Source: an uncultured Clostridium sp.
Lineage (GTDB): Bacteria; Bacillota; Clostridia; TANB77; CAG-508
Direction of reading: 5' to 3'
Assembly: GCA_948473335.1 (NCBI GenBank)
Contig: CAOKXF010000003.1
Location: 46,631-78,630, forward strand
Length of the DNA stretch: 32,000 bases
A program made the translations under genes and the position numbers. The notes under the pieces are model-generated. The model was given only the letters and a program-made list of their open reading frames with translations, was not told the DNA's origin and did no database searches. The stretch's first letter is position 1; each line of letters opens with the position of its first letter. Below are positions 11,302-20,409 of the stretch, one piece after another.

Positions 11302-11315
11302 AAAAGGAGTAAGAA

Positions 11316-13199
11316 ATAATAGAAAAATATATAAATAAATTAAAAAACAAAATAAAAAAAATATTAAAAAGTATTTTTACAGTTAGAGAAAATAATATAA
11401 AAAAAATAGATTTTTATGAAGGCGAATTTTCAAAAAAAGATTATTTATTACCTTCATATATAAATTTAGAAAATCCAAATTATATAGAAATTGATAATAT
11501 ATATTATTCAACATTAATTGTTGTAAATTATTATAGAGAACAAAGTGAAATATTATTAAAAAATTTAATAGAAAATAATATAAATATTAATATATCTATT
11601 TTTTACGAAAAACAAAATACTTATAAAACAATTAATGATTTAACATATCATATAGGTAATGTAGGCGTGGATATAAAAAATAATAATAACAGAAAAGATA
11701 TAGATATTGCTTCATATACATATAATGATGCTAAATATATTAGAAAAGAAATGCAAGTTAATAATGAAGAAATGTATTTTTTATATATTTATTTAAATAC
11801 ATATTCTAATGATAAAAAAGAATTAGAATATTTAATAGATAAAATAGAAGGATTATCTCAAAGTAGAGGTATGCAGACGAGAAAAGGTACATTTAGGCAA
11901 GAACAATGTTTTTTATCTTGTTTACCTATTATGAATAATGAGAGTGAAATAAAAGAAGTAGCGAAAAGAAATATTTTGACAAGTGGATTATCTTCAACAT
12001 ATCCTTTTATATCATCATCTATTTATGATGAAGAAGGTATTTTTATAGGTACTAATATTTATAATAATTCATTAATTTTTATAGATAGATATGATACAAA
12101 AAAATATAAAAATGCAAATATGTGTATTTTTGGGACAAGTGGCGCAGGAAAATCTTTTTATACAAAATTATTAATATTAAGATATAGATTATTAGGAATA
12201 GAGCAATATGTAATAGATCCAGAAAGAGAATATAATATATTGGGAGAAAATTTAAATGCAACAATAATTAAATTAGGTCCGAATTTTAACAATTATATTA
12301 ATATATTTGATATAAGAAAAGAAAGCATAGAGGAAAATGAAAACGGATATTTAGCAACAAAAATTTCTAAATTAATAGGATTTTTTAATTTGATTTTTGG
12401 AAATTTAGATGAAGAAGAAAAGGCTATTTTGGAAGAAAAAATAATAATGATTTATAAAGAAAAAAATATTACATTTGAAGATGACACATTATACAAAGAA
12501 GAAAATAATAAAATAATTTTTAAGGTTAGCACAGATATGCCAAAATTAGAAGATTTATATCGTATATGTGGACAAGATGAAAGAACTAAAAAATTAAAAA
12601 TAAAAATGATTCCGTTTGTAAAAGGTTCACTAAATTTTTTAAATAATTATACTAATATTGAATTAAATAATAAATTAATAATTGCAGATATTTATGATTT
12701 AGGTGAAGAAAATTTAAAATACGGAATGTATATATTTACAGAACTATTTTGGGATAAAATCAAATTAAATAGAAATATAAAAAAAGCAATTTATTTAGAT
12801 GAAATTTGGAGATTAATAGGTGTAACTTCTAATAGAGATGTTGCAAAATTTATTTACAAGATTTTTAAAACAATAAGAAAATATGGTGGCAGTAGTGTTG
12901 CAATTACACAGGATATTTCTGATTTATTTAGTCTAGAAGATGGAATATATGGAAAAAGTATTCTAAATAATTCTAGCATAAAAACATTTTTTTCTCTAGA
13001 AGAAGAAAATATAAATGTATTATCTAAATTTATTAATTTATCAGAAAAAGAAAAAGTCGAAATTAAATCTTTAAAAACAGGAGAATGTTTAATGTGTGTT
13101 GCAGATAATCATATTTTGAGTAAAATAGAATCAAGTGATTTTGAAAAAAATATTATTGAAAAAATAATAAAGGATAATTATTATTTAAATAATGATTAA
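11316..13199 (+). CDS. VirB4-family conjugation/T4SS ATPase, middle and C-terminal ATPase segment (apparent ATA start)
   Basis: The frame is open from 11313 with no ATG/GTG/TTG before 11667. The conserved region DYLLPSYINLENPNYIEIDNIYYSTLIVVNYY lies upstream of the GTG. AAGGAG precedes ATA 11316 by 6 nt. Walker A IFGTSGAGKS, VIDPEREY, Walker B IYLDEIWRL, ITQDISD. Confidence 0.85.
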   Translation: MIEKYINKLKNKIKKILKSIFTVRENNIKKIDFYEGEFSKKDYLLPSYINLENPNYIEIDNIYYSTLIVVNYYREQSEILLKNLIENNININISIFYEKQNTYKTINDLTYHIGNVGVDIKNNNNRKDIDIASYTYNDAKYIRKEMQVNNEEMYFLYIYLNTYSNDKKELEYLIDKIEGLSQSRGMQTRKGTFRQEQCFLSCLPIMNNESEIKEVAKRNILTSGLSSTYPFISSSIYDEEGIFIGTNIYNNSLIFIDRYDTKKYKNANMCIFGTSGAGKSFYTKLLILRYRLLGIEQYVIDPEREYNILGENLNATIIKLGPNFNNYINIFDIRKESIEENENGYLATKISKLIGFFNLIFGNLDEEEKAILEEKIIMIYKEKNITFEDDTLYKEENNKIIFKVSTDMPKLEDLYRICGQDERTKKLKIKMIPFVKGSLNFLNNYTNIELNNKLIIADIYDLGEENLKYGMYIFTELFWDKIKLNRNIKKAIYLDEIWRLIGVTSNRDVAKFIYKIFKTIRKYGGSSVAITQDISDLFSLEDGIYGKSILNNSSIKTFFSLEEENINVLSKFINLSEKEKVEIKSLKTGECLMCVADNHILSKIESSDFEKNIIEKIIKDNYYLNND

Positions 13200-13252
13200 T
13201 AAATTAATGATTTTATAAATAATAATAAAATATTATTTGGAAAAGGAAAAAA

Positions 13253-14218
13253 ATGAATAACATATTAGTTGCAATTTATAATCAAAAAATTTATGAAGAA
13301 TTACTAGAAGAAAAAAATATAAATATTATTAATAAAAATATTTTATATAAAGAAGGAATTCTTGAAATATTAGAAAAAAATTTTGAAATAAATTTTATAA
13401 TAATAAATGAAAAAATTCCAGGAGAAATAGAAATAATTAATTTAATAGATAAAATTAAAGAAATTAATAATAATATAAAAATAATATTAATAACAAAAGA
13501 AAATAAATATAAAAAAGATAATATATTTTTATTAAAGGAAGAAAATAAAAGAGATATATTAGATATAATTGAGAATAAAAAAGAATTGAAAAATGAAAGA
13601 GAAGAAATTATACAAATAGAAAAAATAAAAAAACAAATAGATGAAAAATTATTTTTTATAAAAGGAAATTCTGGTTCAGGAAAAAGTATAGTAGCTTCTA
13701 TATTAAGTTACCAAATATCAAAAATGGATAAAAAAGTATTATTAATAGATGGTGACATAGAGAAAGGAAATATTCATACAATATTTCAAGTAAAAAAATA
13801 TATAAATAGAACACAAAAAATATATAATAATTTATATTTTATTAATACAAATCAAGAAGAAATAATAAGAAAGGTTTTAACAGAAAAATATGATATTTTA
13901 ATTTTTGATAATTTTAATAAAAATTATATATTAGAAATAAATCATATAAATATTTATATATTGGAATCAAATTTAATTGAAATAGAGAAATTAAAAAATA
14001 ATATTACAGACAATTATTATAATGATTTTTTTATTATCAATAAATATAATAAAAATTCTATTGATGAAAAAATAATAGAAAATATATTTGAAAATAAAAA
14101 TATTTTAAAAATAAAATATAGTGACATTTATAATTCTTTAATAAATAATTTTAAGATGAAAAAAGACAACTTATATTTAAAAAGAATATATAAAAATGCA
14201 ATAAAAAAAATAATTTAA
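13253..14218 (+). CDS. ParA/MinD-superfamily P-loop ATPase with an N-terminal receiver-like (pseudo-receiver) domain, CpaE/TadZ-like architecture
   Basis: 321 aa. The N-terminal roughly 90 aa have a receiver-like beta/alpha pattern but carry NE (IIINEKIPG) where the phospho-Asp would be. The C-terminal half has IKGNSGSGKS and LLIDGD. Confidence 0.65.
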   Translation: MNNILVAIYNQKIYEELLEEKNINIINKNILYKEGILEILEKNFEINFIIINEKIPGEIEIINLIDKIKEINNNIKIILITKENKYKKDNIFLLKEENKRDILDIIENKKELKNEREEIIQIEKIKKQIDEKLFFIKGNSGSGKSIVASILSYQISKMDKKVLLIDGDIEKGNIHTIFQVKKYINRTQKIYNNLYFINTNQEEIIRKVLTEKYDILIFDNFNKNYILEINHINIYILESNLIEIEKLKNNITDNYYNDFFIINKYNKNSIDEKIIENIFENKNILKIKYSDIYNSLINNFKMKKDNLYLKRIYKNAIKKII

Positions 14219-14237
14219 TAAAAGGAGAAAAAAATAA

Positions 14238-14981
14238 ATGAATATACAAAATGAACTAGTAAAGGAAAAAAATTTAGAAATGAATGATCAAATAGAAACT
14301 AAACAAAAGAATTTTTTAGATTCTACTTTTGGAAAAATAATTAATAATGCAACTGACATTGGAATAAGATATTTATTACCAGATATAATAGAAGATGAAG
14401 TGATAGAAATAAAAGATGCATTATTTCAGAGTGGTTTTAAAGAAGCAATAAATACAGCCATTGATAGAGCTATTGATATGGGGAAAAGTGCTATCGGAAT
14501 TATAACAGGAAAATTCGATAATGTAACGCAAATACAAACAGCTGTAGAAAATGGAGGTATTATAGATTCTGTTTCTAATGTTCTAGATAATGTTGTTAAT
14601 AAGGCAAAAGATAAAGGATTAATTGATAAACCAGTAGCTAATATAATTAAAACAGGAAAAAATACTATTTTAGATAATGTTAGTAAAAATATAAAAGATA
14701 CTTTGACACAACAAGTTAAAGATGTAGAAAAGCTAGAGAGTTATGCTGAAAGTTGGAAAAAGTTCTACAGGGAACAAAATTTTAATGGTATGGAAAAAGA
14801 ATATAAAAAGATAGAAGAGAAGTTAACAAATCTAATTCCTTTGGAAAAGACTATTAATATGTCTAGAGAAATTCAAACAATTCATAATTTAATAAAAAAT
14901 AATGGACATAATTTTAATTTATCTTATGATGATTTAGCATTAGTAGAAAAATTTAATGAACTAGACAAAAATTCTATTTGA
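14238..14981 (+). CDS. hypothetical protein (predicted helical, soluble, no signal peptide or TM segment)
   Basis: 247-aa ORF with GGAG 10 nt upstream. By eye it is more GC-rich than the preceding cistrons. I recognise no family. Confidence 0.6.
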   Translation: MNIQNELVKEKNLEMNDQIETKQKNFLDSTFGKIINNATDIGIRYLLPDIIEDEVIEIKDALFQSGFKEAINTAIDRAIDMGKSAIGIITGKFDNVTQIQTAVENGGIIDSVSNVLDNVVNKAKDKGLIDKPVANIIKTGKNTILDNVSKNIKDTLTQQVKDVEKLESYAESWKKFYREQNFNGMEKEYKKIEEKLTNLIPLEKTINMSREIQTIHNLIKNNGHNFNLSYDDLALVEKFNELDKNSI

Positions 14982-15073
14982 ATTAAGGGTTAGTAAAAAT
15001 TTTTGGTAGGGTTATTTTGACTAATTATGTAAAATATGGTATAGTAAAGAATAAATGTATAGGAGGTTTTCAT

Positions 15074-15313
15074 ATGCTAAAAATATTAACACCAGAAGAA
15101 ATAGCACGGGAAAAGGAACAAATAAAAAGAAATCTATTATTATTAAGAGAATGCAAAGAATTAATAGGATTATCCACAAGAGAAATTCAAAAAAGACAAA
15201 GAGAATTGATTATTTCCAATGGGCGTGAATACTTAGATGAAGTTTTTTTTTCAAGGAAGTATTTAGAAGAAGCTAATGGAAATATCGAACTGGCAGCAGA
15301 ATTAATGATTTAA
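15074..15313 (+). CDS. small hypothetical protein (79 aa) with a UBA-like C-terminal helix pair
   Basis: AGGAGG 15061-15066 lies 7 nt before ATG 15074; the track's 15017 start is less likely. The C-terminal KYLEEANGNIELAAELMI resembles the EF-Ts-type UBA motif. Resemblance only. Confidence 0.55.
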   Translation: MLKILTPEEIAREKEQIKRNLLLLRECKELIGLSTREIQKRQRELIISNGREYLDEVFFSRKYLEEANGNIELAAELMI

Positions 15314-15381
15314 ATTTACACACCAAAAATTTAATTATCCGTGCGAGAAGAACCAAAAAAGGAAAGATGATTATCTATTGG

Positions 15382-15408
15382 AAAAGTCGCTGTAAAAGGC
15401 GATTTTTT
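15382..15408 (+). terminator. hairpin plus T-run ending block 1
   Basis: AAAAGTCGC-TGTAAAAG-GCGATTTTTT, with one mismatch in the stem. Confidence 0.5.
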
Positions 15409-15478
15409 CATTGATATATAGTGTATTTTTAATGAAAAAAATTTAAATAAAAATAAAGAAAAAAATAGACAAAAAACC

Positions 15479-15507
15479 TTGCAAAACCTGTATCCGTATA
15501 ATATAAT
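15479..15507 (+). promoter_or_regulatory. dedicated gyrA promoter
   Basis: TTGCAA (15479-15484), 17 bp, TATAAT (15502-15507). It lies about 40 bp upstream of the gyrA ATG. Confidence 0.6.
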
Positions 15508-15544
15508 ACACATATAAAAGATAAAGAAGAAAGAGGGAGAAACA

Positions 15545-17998
15545 ATGGATGAAGAAAAACAAGAGGGAATAATAATACAAAGAGACATCGATGAAGAAAT
15601 GAAAACCTCATATATCGACTATGCGATGAGCGTTATAGTGCAACGTGCATTACCAGATGTAAGAGATGGATTAAAACCAGTACATAGAAGAATTTTATAT
15701 GCAATGCATGAAGATGGAATTACATCAGACAAGCCATATAGAAAGTGTGCGAATACAGTAGGATCAGTATTAGGAAGATATCATCCTCATGGAGATAGTT
15801 CAGTTTATGATGCAATGGTAAGAATGGCACAAGATTTTTCTATGCGATATATGTTAATTGATGGTCATGGGAATTTTGGTTCAATCGATGGTGATGGAGC
15901 AGCAGCGATGAGGTACACAGAAGCAAGAATGTCAAAGATATCAGAATTTATGTTGACAGATATAGAAAAAAATACAGTAGATTTTATGCCAAACTATGAT
16001 GATAGATTACAAGAACCTACAGTATTACCTGCACAAATTCCAGCATTATTAGTAAATGGTTCATCTGGTATTGCCGTAGGTATGGCGACCAATATACCAC
16101 CACATAATTTAACAGAAGTTATCAACGGAATAATAAAAATAATAGATGAAGATGAAGTAACAGATGAAGATTTAATGGCGGTCATAAAAGGACCAGATTT
16201 TCCTACGGAAGGAATAATTCTAGGAATTGAAGGTATAAAGGAAGCATATAAAACGGGAAGAGGAAAAATTACTGTTAGAGCAGAAGCTGAAATAGAAGAA
16301 ATGCAAGGAAATAAGCAAAGAATAATAGTATCATCTTTACCATATCAAGTAAATAAAGCAAGGTTAATAGAAAATATTGCACATTTAGCTAGAGAAAAAC
16401 GTATTGAAGGAATATCAGAAATGCGTGATGAATCAGATAGAAATGATAGAGTAAGAATTGTAATAGAACTAAAAAGAGATGCAAATCCACAAGTAGTATT
16501 AAATCAATTATATAAAAATACACAAATGCAAGATACTTTTGGAATAATAATGTTAGCACTAGTAGATGGAGAACCTAAAATTTTAACTTTAAGACAATGT
16601 TTAGACTGTTATATAGAACATAGGAAACATGTAATTTTACGTAGAACGCAATTTGAATTAGATAAAGCATTAGCAAGAGCTCATATCTTAGAAGGATTAA
16701 AAATAGCTTTAGATAATATAGATGAGGTTATTAATATAATACGTAATTCATATGATGATGCAAAAGAGAAATTAATGGAAAGATTTGGACTTTCTGAAAT
16801 ACAAGCACAGGCTATATTAGATATGAGACTAAAAACATTATCAGGATTACAAAGAGAAAAAATAGAAGAAGAATATAAGCAATTAATGGAATTAATAGCA
16901 CATTTAAGAGACATCTTAAATAGTGAAAAATTAGTATTTGATATTATAAAAGAAGAACTTATAGCTATTAGAGACAAATTTGGAGATGAAAGAAAAACAA
17001 AAATAGTTGCAGCAGAAGGAGAAATAGATGTTGAAGACTTAATAAAAGAGGAACAAACAGTTATTGCTCTAACACATTTTGGATATATAAAGAGAATGCC
17101 AGTCGATACATATAGAAGTCAAAAACGTGGAGGAAAAGGAATAACAGGAATTGAAACTAGAGAAGAAGATTTTGTAAAACAAATATTTACAGCATCAACA
17201 CATGATACAATACTATTCTTTACAAATAAAGGAAAATTATATAGATTAAGAGGATATGAAGTGCCAGAAGCAGGAAGAACTGCAAAAGGAACAGCAATAG
17301 TAAATTTATTAAGTTTGGATTCTGGAGAAAAAGTATCAGCTATAATACCAATACAAAACTTTGCTGAAGGTAAATATTTATTAATGGCAACAAAAAATGG
17401 ATTAATAAAGAAAACAGCATTAGGAGAGTATAATTCATCTCGAAAAACGGGATTACAAGGTATAACATTAAAAGAGGATGATGAATTAATATCTGTAAGA
17501 CTTACGGATGGTGAGGATAACATCGTATTAGTTACAAGAAATGGTATGTGTATAACATTTGATGAAAAAGATGTACGACCAATAGGTAGAGTTTCTCAAG
17601 GTGTTATAGGTATTAGATTAGATGAAGATGATGAAGTAATTGGAATGGAATCTATAATAGCTGGTAGCAAGTCTACACTTCTTACTATAACTGAAAATGG
17701 ATTTGGAAAGAGAACAGAATTAGATGAATATAGAGTTCAAATAAGAGGAGGAAAAGGAGTTATAACATATAAAATAACACCAAAAACAGGAAAGCTAGTA
17801 GGAGCTAGGATAGCAAGTGAAGACGAAGATGTAATGTTAATTACAGATAGTGGAACAATTATAAGATTAAATGTAAATGATATTAGTGTTTTAGGTAGAC
17901 CTACACAAGGAGTTACTCTTATGAGAACATCAGATGGTGGAAAAGTTGTAAGTATTGAAACTATTTTAACAGATGATAACAAATCAGAAGAAGAATAA
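15545..17998 (+). CDS. gyrA: DNA gyrase subunit A
   Basis: 817 aa; [16 protein letters not shown], active-site region [11 protein letters not shown]-terminal beta-pinwheel repeats. Confidence 0.97.
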   Translation: MDEEKQEGIIIQRDIDEEMKTSYIDYAMSVIVQRALPDVRDGLKPVHRRILYAMHEDGITSDKPYRKCANTVGSVLGRYHPHGDSSVYDAMVRMAQDFSMRYMLIDGHGNFGSIDGDGAAAMRYTEARMSKISEFMLTDIEKNTVDFMPNYDDRLQEPTVLPAQIPALLVNGSSGIAVGMATNIPPHNLTEVINGIIKIIDEDEVTDEDLMAVIKGPDFPTEGIILGIEGIKEAYKTGRGKITVRAEAEIEEMQGNKQRIIVSSLPYQVNKARLIENIAHLAREKRIEGISEMRDESDRNDRVRIVIELKRDANPQVVLNQLYKNTQMQDTFGIIMLALVDGEPKILTLRQCLDCYIEHRKHVILRRTQFELDKALARAHILEGLKIALDNIDEVINIIRNSYDDAKEKLMERFGLSEIQAQAILDMRLKTLSGLQREKIEEEYKQLMELIAHLRDILNSEKLVFDIIKEELIAIRDKFGDERKTKIVAAEGEIDVEDLIKEEQTVIALTHFGYIKRMPVDTYRSQKRGGKGITGIETREEDFVKQIFTASTHDTILFFTNKGKLYRLRGYEVPEAGRTAKGTAIVNLLSLDSGEKVSAIIPIQNFAEGKYLLMATKNGLIKKTALGEYNSSRKTGLQGITLKEDDELISVRLTDGEDNIVLVTRNGMCITFDEKDVRPIGRVSQGVIGIRLDEDDEVIGMESIIAGSKSTLLTITENGFGKRTELDEYRVQIRGGKGVITYKITPKTGKLVGARIASEDEDVMLITDSGTIIRLNVNDISVLGRPTQGVTLMRTSDGGKVVSIETILTDDNKSEEE

Positions 17999-18018
17999 AA
18001 AAACAAAATATGAAAAAT

Positions 18019-18051
18019 AAAAAGAAGAAATTTAAAGTTTCTTCTTTTTTT
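18019..18051. terminator. bidirectional terminator between convergent gyrA and the helicase-loader gene
   Basis: AAAAAGAAGAAA-TTTAAAG-TTTCTTCTTTTT, with A/T runs on both sides. Confidence 0.7.
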
Positions 18052-18067
18052 ATATAAATACTATATA

Positions 18068-19069
18068 TTATTTAAATCTTAAATCTTCTCCAAAAAAATA
18101 ATAAATATCATAGTATCCACCAATTCTTGAACATATGCGTTCCTCATATTTACTTAAGATTTCATTCATATTTAAATTAGTAGAAATTATTGTTTTCGTA
18201 CATTTTGAATTTAGGTTCAATAGACGTGTATTTAAAATAGAGAATAATTCACTTATTTTCATACCATTTATATATTCTGTTCCTAAATCATCTATTATTA
18301 ATAAATCTACTTCTAAAATATTTTTATAGAATAAATCCTGTTCAGAATTTTTATATTTATTAAATTTATTATCTATAAGAGTTTCTAATAAAACAGGAGC
18401 TGTTTGGTAAAGTACACTATAACCTTTATTTAATATTTCTTTTGCAATACAATTTGTCATAAAGGTTTTTCCTGAGCCAGTATTTCCAGTAAATAGCAAG
18501 TTTTTATAATTAGGATTATTGAAATTGTCTATGAACTTTATACATTTTTCTTTAATATTTAAAATATTTGTTCTTGGTGATATATTTAACTTATATTTTG
18601 CTAAATTTACTTCATTTGAAAATTTATTTTCATTGAATGTAGAGAAGTTTTCTTTTTGTAAATTACACATATTAGATTTATTATATGATATGTCTAATAG
18701 TTTTTGCTTTAAACAATTACACATTTCAGTTCGGTTATTTTCAATAGTTATATATCCTGTATCTTTACATACATTGCATTCATACAGTGGTTTTAAGTAA
18801 GTTTCTGGAATATGATTTTCTGATAAAATCTGCTTTTTTTGTTTTTTCAAATTTTCAATTTTTGTATTTATATCATTTAAATTGTTAGATGAATTTAATA
18901 ATATATCTTTTGCAGACTGTATAGAATATTTATTTAATTCATCATCAATTTTTTGCAATTCAGGTATAGTTTTATATAGATTATTCTTTCGATTATCCAA
19001 ATCTAATTCTGATTTCATTCTCTTTCGTTCATATTCTTGTAATAAAGAATCTAATATTTCATTAGACAT
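18068..19069 (-). CDS. DnaC/DnaI-like replicative helicase loader (AAA+ with an N-terminal Cys cluster)
   Basis: GGAGG lies 5-6 nt before ATG 19069 (MSNEILDSLL...). CNVCKDTGY...CNC zinc-type motif, Walker A FTGNTGSGKTF, Walker B LLIIDDLG. Confidence 0.8.
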   Translation of the reverse strand: MSNEILDSLLQEYERKRMKSELDLDNRKNNLYKTIPELQKIDDELNKYSIQSAKDILLNSSNNLNDINTKIENLKKQKKQILSENHIPETYLKPLYECNVCKDTGYITIENNRTEMCNCLKQKLLDISYNKSNMCNLQKENFSTFNENKFSNEVNLAKYKLNISPRTNILNIKEKCIKFIDNFNNPNYKNLLFTGNTGSGKTFMTNCIAKEILNKGYSVLYQTAPVLLETLIDNKFNKYKNSEQDLFYKNILEVDLLIIDDLGTEYINGMKISELFSILNTRLLNLNSKCTKTIISTNLNMNEILSKYEERICSRIGGYYDIYYFFGEDLRFK

Positions 19070-20045
19070 TAGTACCTCCATTTTGTAAGTTTGCATATAA
19101 GAAGCTTAAATCATCATAGTGTCTTTGTTCAAATGATGCCTGAGACACTTGTTGATGTAATTTTTTCTCATCTTGTTTTTGTTTTTTACGTTGTTCTAAG
19201 AAGGCTTCTATTTCATGAGTGGTTTTTAGGTTTCTATCATGCCAATCACTAATAACATTATTTAGATATTCAAATGTTGGTGCAGATTTTAAGGTTGTTC
19301 TTTTTAAGGCAATTTCTATACAATTCATATCATAATTATATTCAAACAACCATTTTTCAATATAAGCTTCTTCATATTGAGTTAGAGAATTGTGCCTTCC
19401 TAATTTTTTTGCAATATCTTTTTTTATTTTTACAAGTTTATCTTGCTTTTGATAGTATACGTCCAAATCATTCCAAGTTTGAATTTTACTATTTCCCCAA
19501 GCTTCAGCAACTGCTTGTACGTAATTTTTGTGCAATGCTGAACGATTAAAGCAGTAATCAAATAAAGCTATCATTACTTGATCTTCAAAATTATAAGTTT
19601 TAAACCATAAATCTATATCGCTATACCAAGCTGGACTCATAATTCCTTGGAAATATTTATTGTTTATACATTCTATGACTTTAGCTCTTGATTTATTTTT
19701 TGATATTTCTTCGACTTTGTTAGAATCTGTTTTAAGATTAGGGGTGTATAGCTTATGTAGTGTTAGTTCTTGTAAATCTGTTATAAGATAACCATGTTCT
19801 TTTTTGGTGATTAAGTTATTTTTCTCTAAAAATGTTGTAGCTTCATTTATTGTTTTTAAAGGTAAAGATAATTTTTTTGATAAATCATTTAGTTTTATGT
19901 CTTTTTTATATTTAGCAAGAAATACTAAATACAAGTATATTTTTAAATAATCACCAGGCAATTGAGACAAAAAATCTACAAAAAAAACATCTGGCAAAGT
20001 TGTTTGTGAAAAGAGAAAAGATTTCTCTGTATTTTCTAATTTCAT
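19062..20045 (-). CDS. DnaD-domain replication initiation protein (Firmicute DnaB/DnaD family)
   Basis: ATG 20045 follows GGGGG/AGGGGGA. N-terminal winged-helix-like region, then two DnaD-type C-terminal repeats (...VQAVAEAWGNSKIQTWNDL... and ...YLNNVISDWHDRNLKT...). Confidence 0.7.
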   Translation of the reverse strand: MKLENTEKSFLFSQTTLPDVFFVDFLSQLPGDYLKIYLYLVFLAKYKKDIKLNDLSKKLSLPLKTINEATTFLEKNNLITKKEHGYLITDLQELTLHKLYTPNLKTDSNKVEEISKNKSRAKVIECINNKYFQGIMSPAWYSDIDLWFKTYNFEDQVMIALFDYCFNRSALHKNYVQAVAEAWGNSKIQTWNDLDVYYQKQDKLVKIKKDIAKKLGRHNSLTQYEEAYIEKWLFEYNYDMNCIEIALKRTTLKSAPTFEYLNNVISDWHDRNLKTTHEIEAFLEQRKKQKQDEKKLHQQVSQASFEQRHYDDLSFLYANLQNGGTNV

Positions 20046-20072
20046 ATTTATTCCCCCTACTGATTTTGTCAA

Positions 20073-20101
20073 ATTATATCATTTTAAGGGAAATAAAACA
20101 A
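20073..20101 (-). promoter_or_regulatory. candidate extended -10 promoter for the dnaD-like/dnaC-like pair
   Basis: The minus strand reads TTGTTT, 17 bp, TG-A-TATAAT. It lies in the 60-bp gap between the PrgI-like stop and the dnaD-like start. Confidence 0.4.
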
Positions 20102-20105
20102 GAGA

Positions 20106-20405
20106 TTAAGAAGTTTTTCTTGGGACTTTTTTAAATACATAAACTTTTGGTCTTAGAAAGTATTTTACTATGTACTTTAACACATATATTATATTTTCTC
20201 CGTTAAAACCAATGATACTAAATAATAAAAGAGGAAAAGACAGTAATATAAATACAAATATTTTTATTTTTAAGTTTATTGAAAATATACTTAATAGTGC
20301 CCAAACTAATATATACCAAATAATATTAAATATTGCTGTAGAATAATCGAGTATTCCTAATATTTTGGATTTAAAATTATAATTTTGTGGAAATATAAAT
20401 TTCAA
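20106..20405 (-). CDS. PrgI/TcpE-family (VirB3-like) small membrane protein
   Basis: 99 aa. TTG start 7 nt after GGAGG. N-terminal FPQNYNFKSKILGILDYSTAIFN followed by two TM helices. It sits next to the VirB6-like gene, as in Firmicute conjugative elements. Confidence 0.55.
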   Translation of the reverse strand: MKFIFPQNYNFKSKILGILDYSTAIFNIIWYILVWALLSIFSINLKIKIFVFILLSFPLLLFSIIGFNGENIIYVLKYIVKYFLRPKVYVFKKVPRKTS

Positions 20406-20409
20406 TAAA

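Noticed and set aside
13253-15313. Interpreting the ParA-like ATPase plus the two orphan ORFs as a stand-alone defence or toxin-antitoxin-type system.
   Set aside because: There are no nuclease, toxin, methylase, helicase or other effector motifs. The genes are co-oriented and tightly packed with VirB4 behind a single promoter candidate, so membership of the T4SS block is the better-supported reading.
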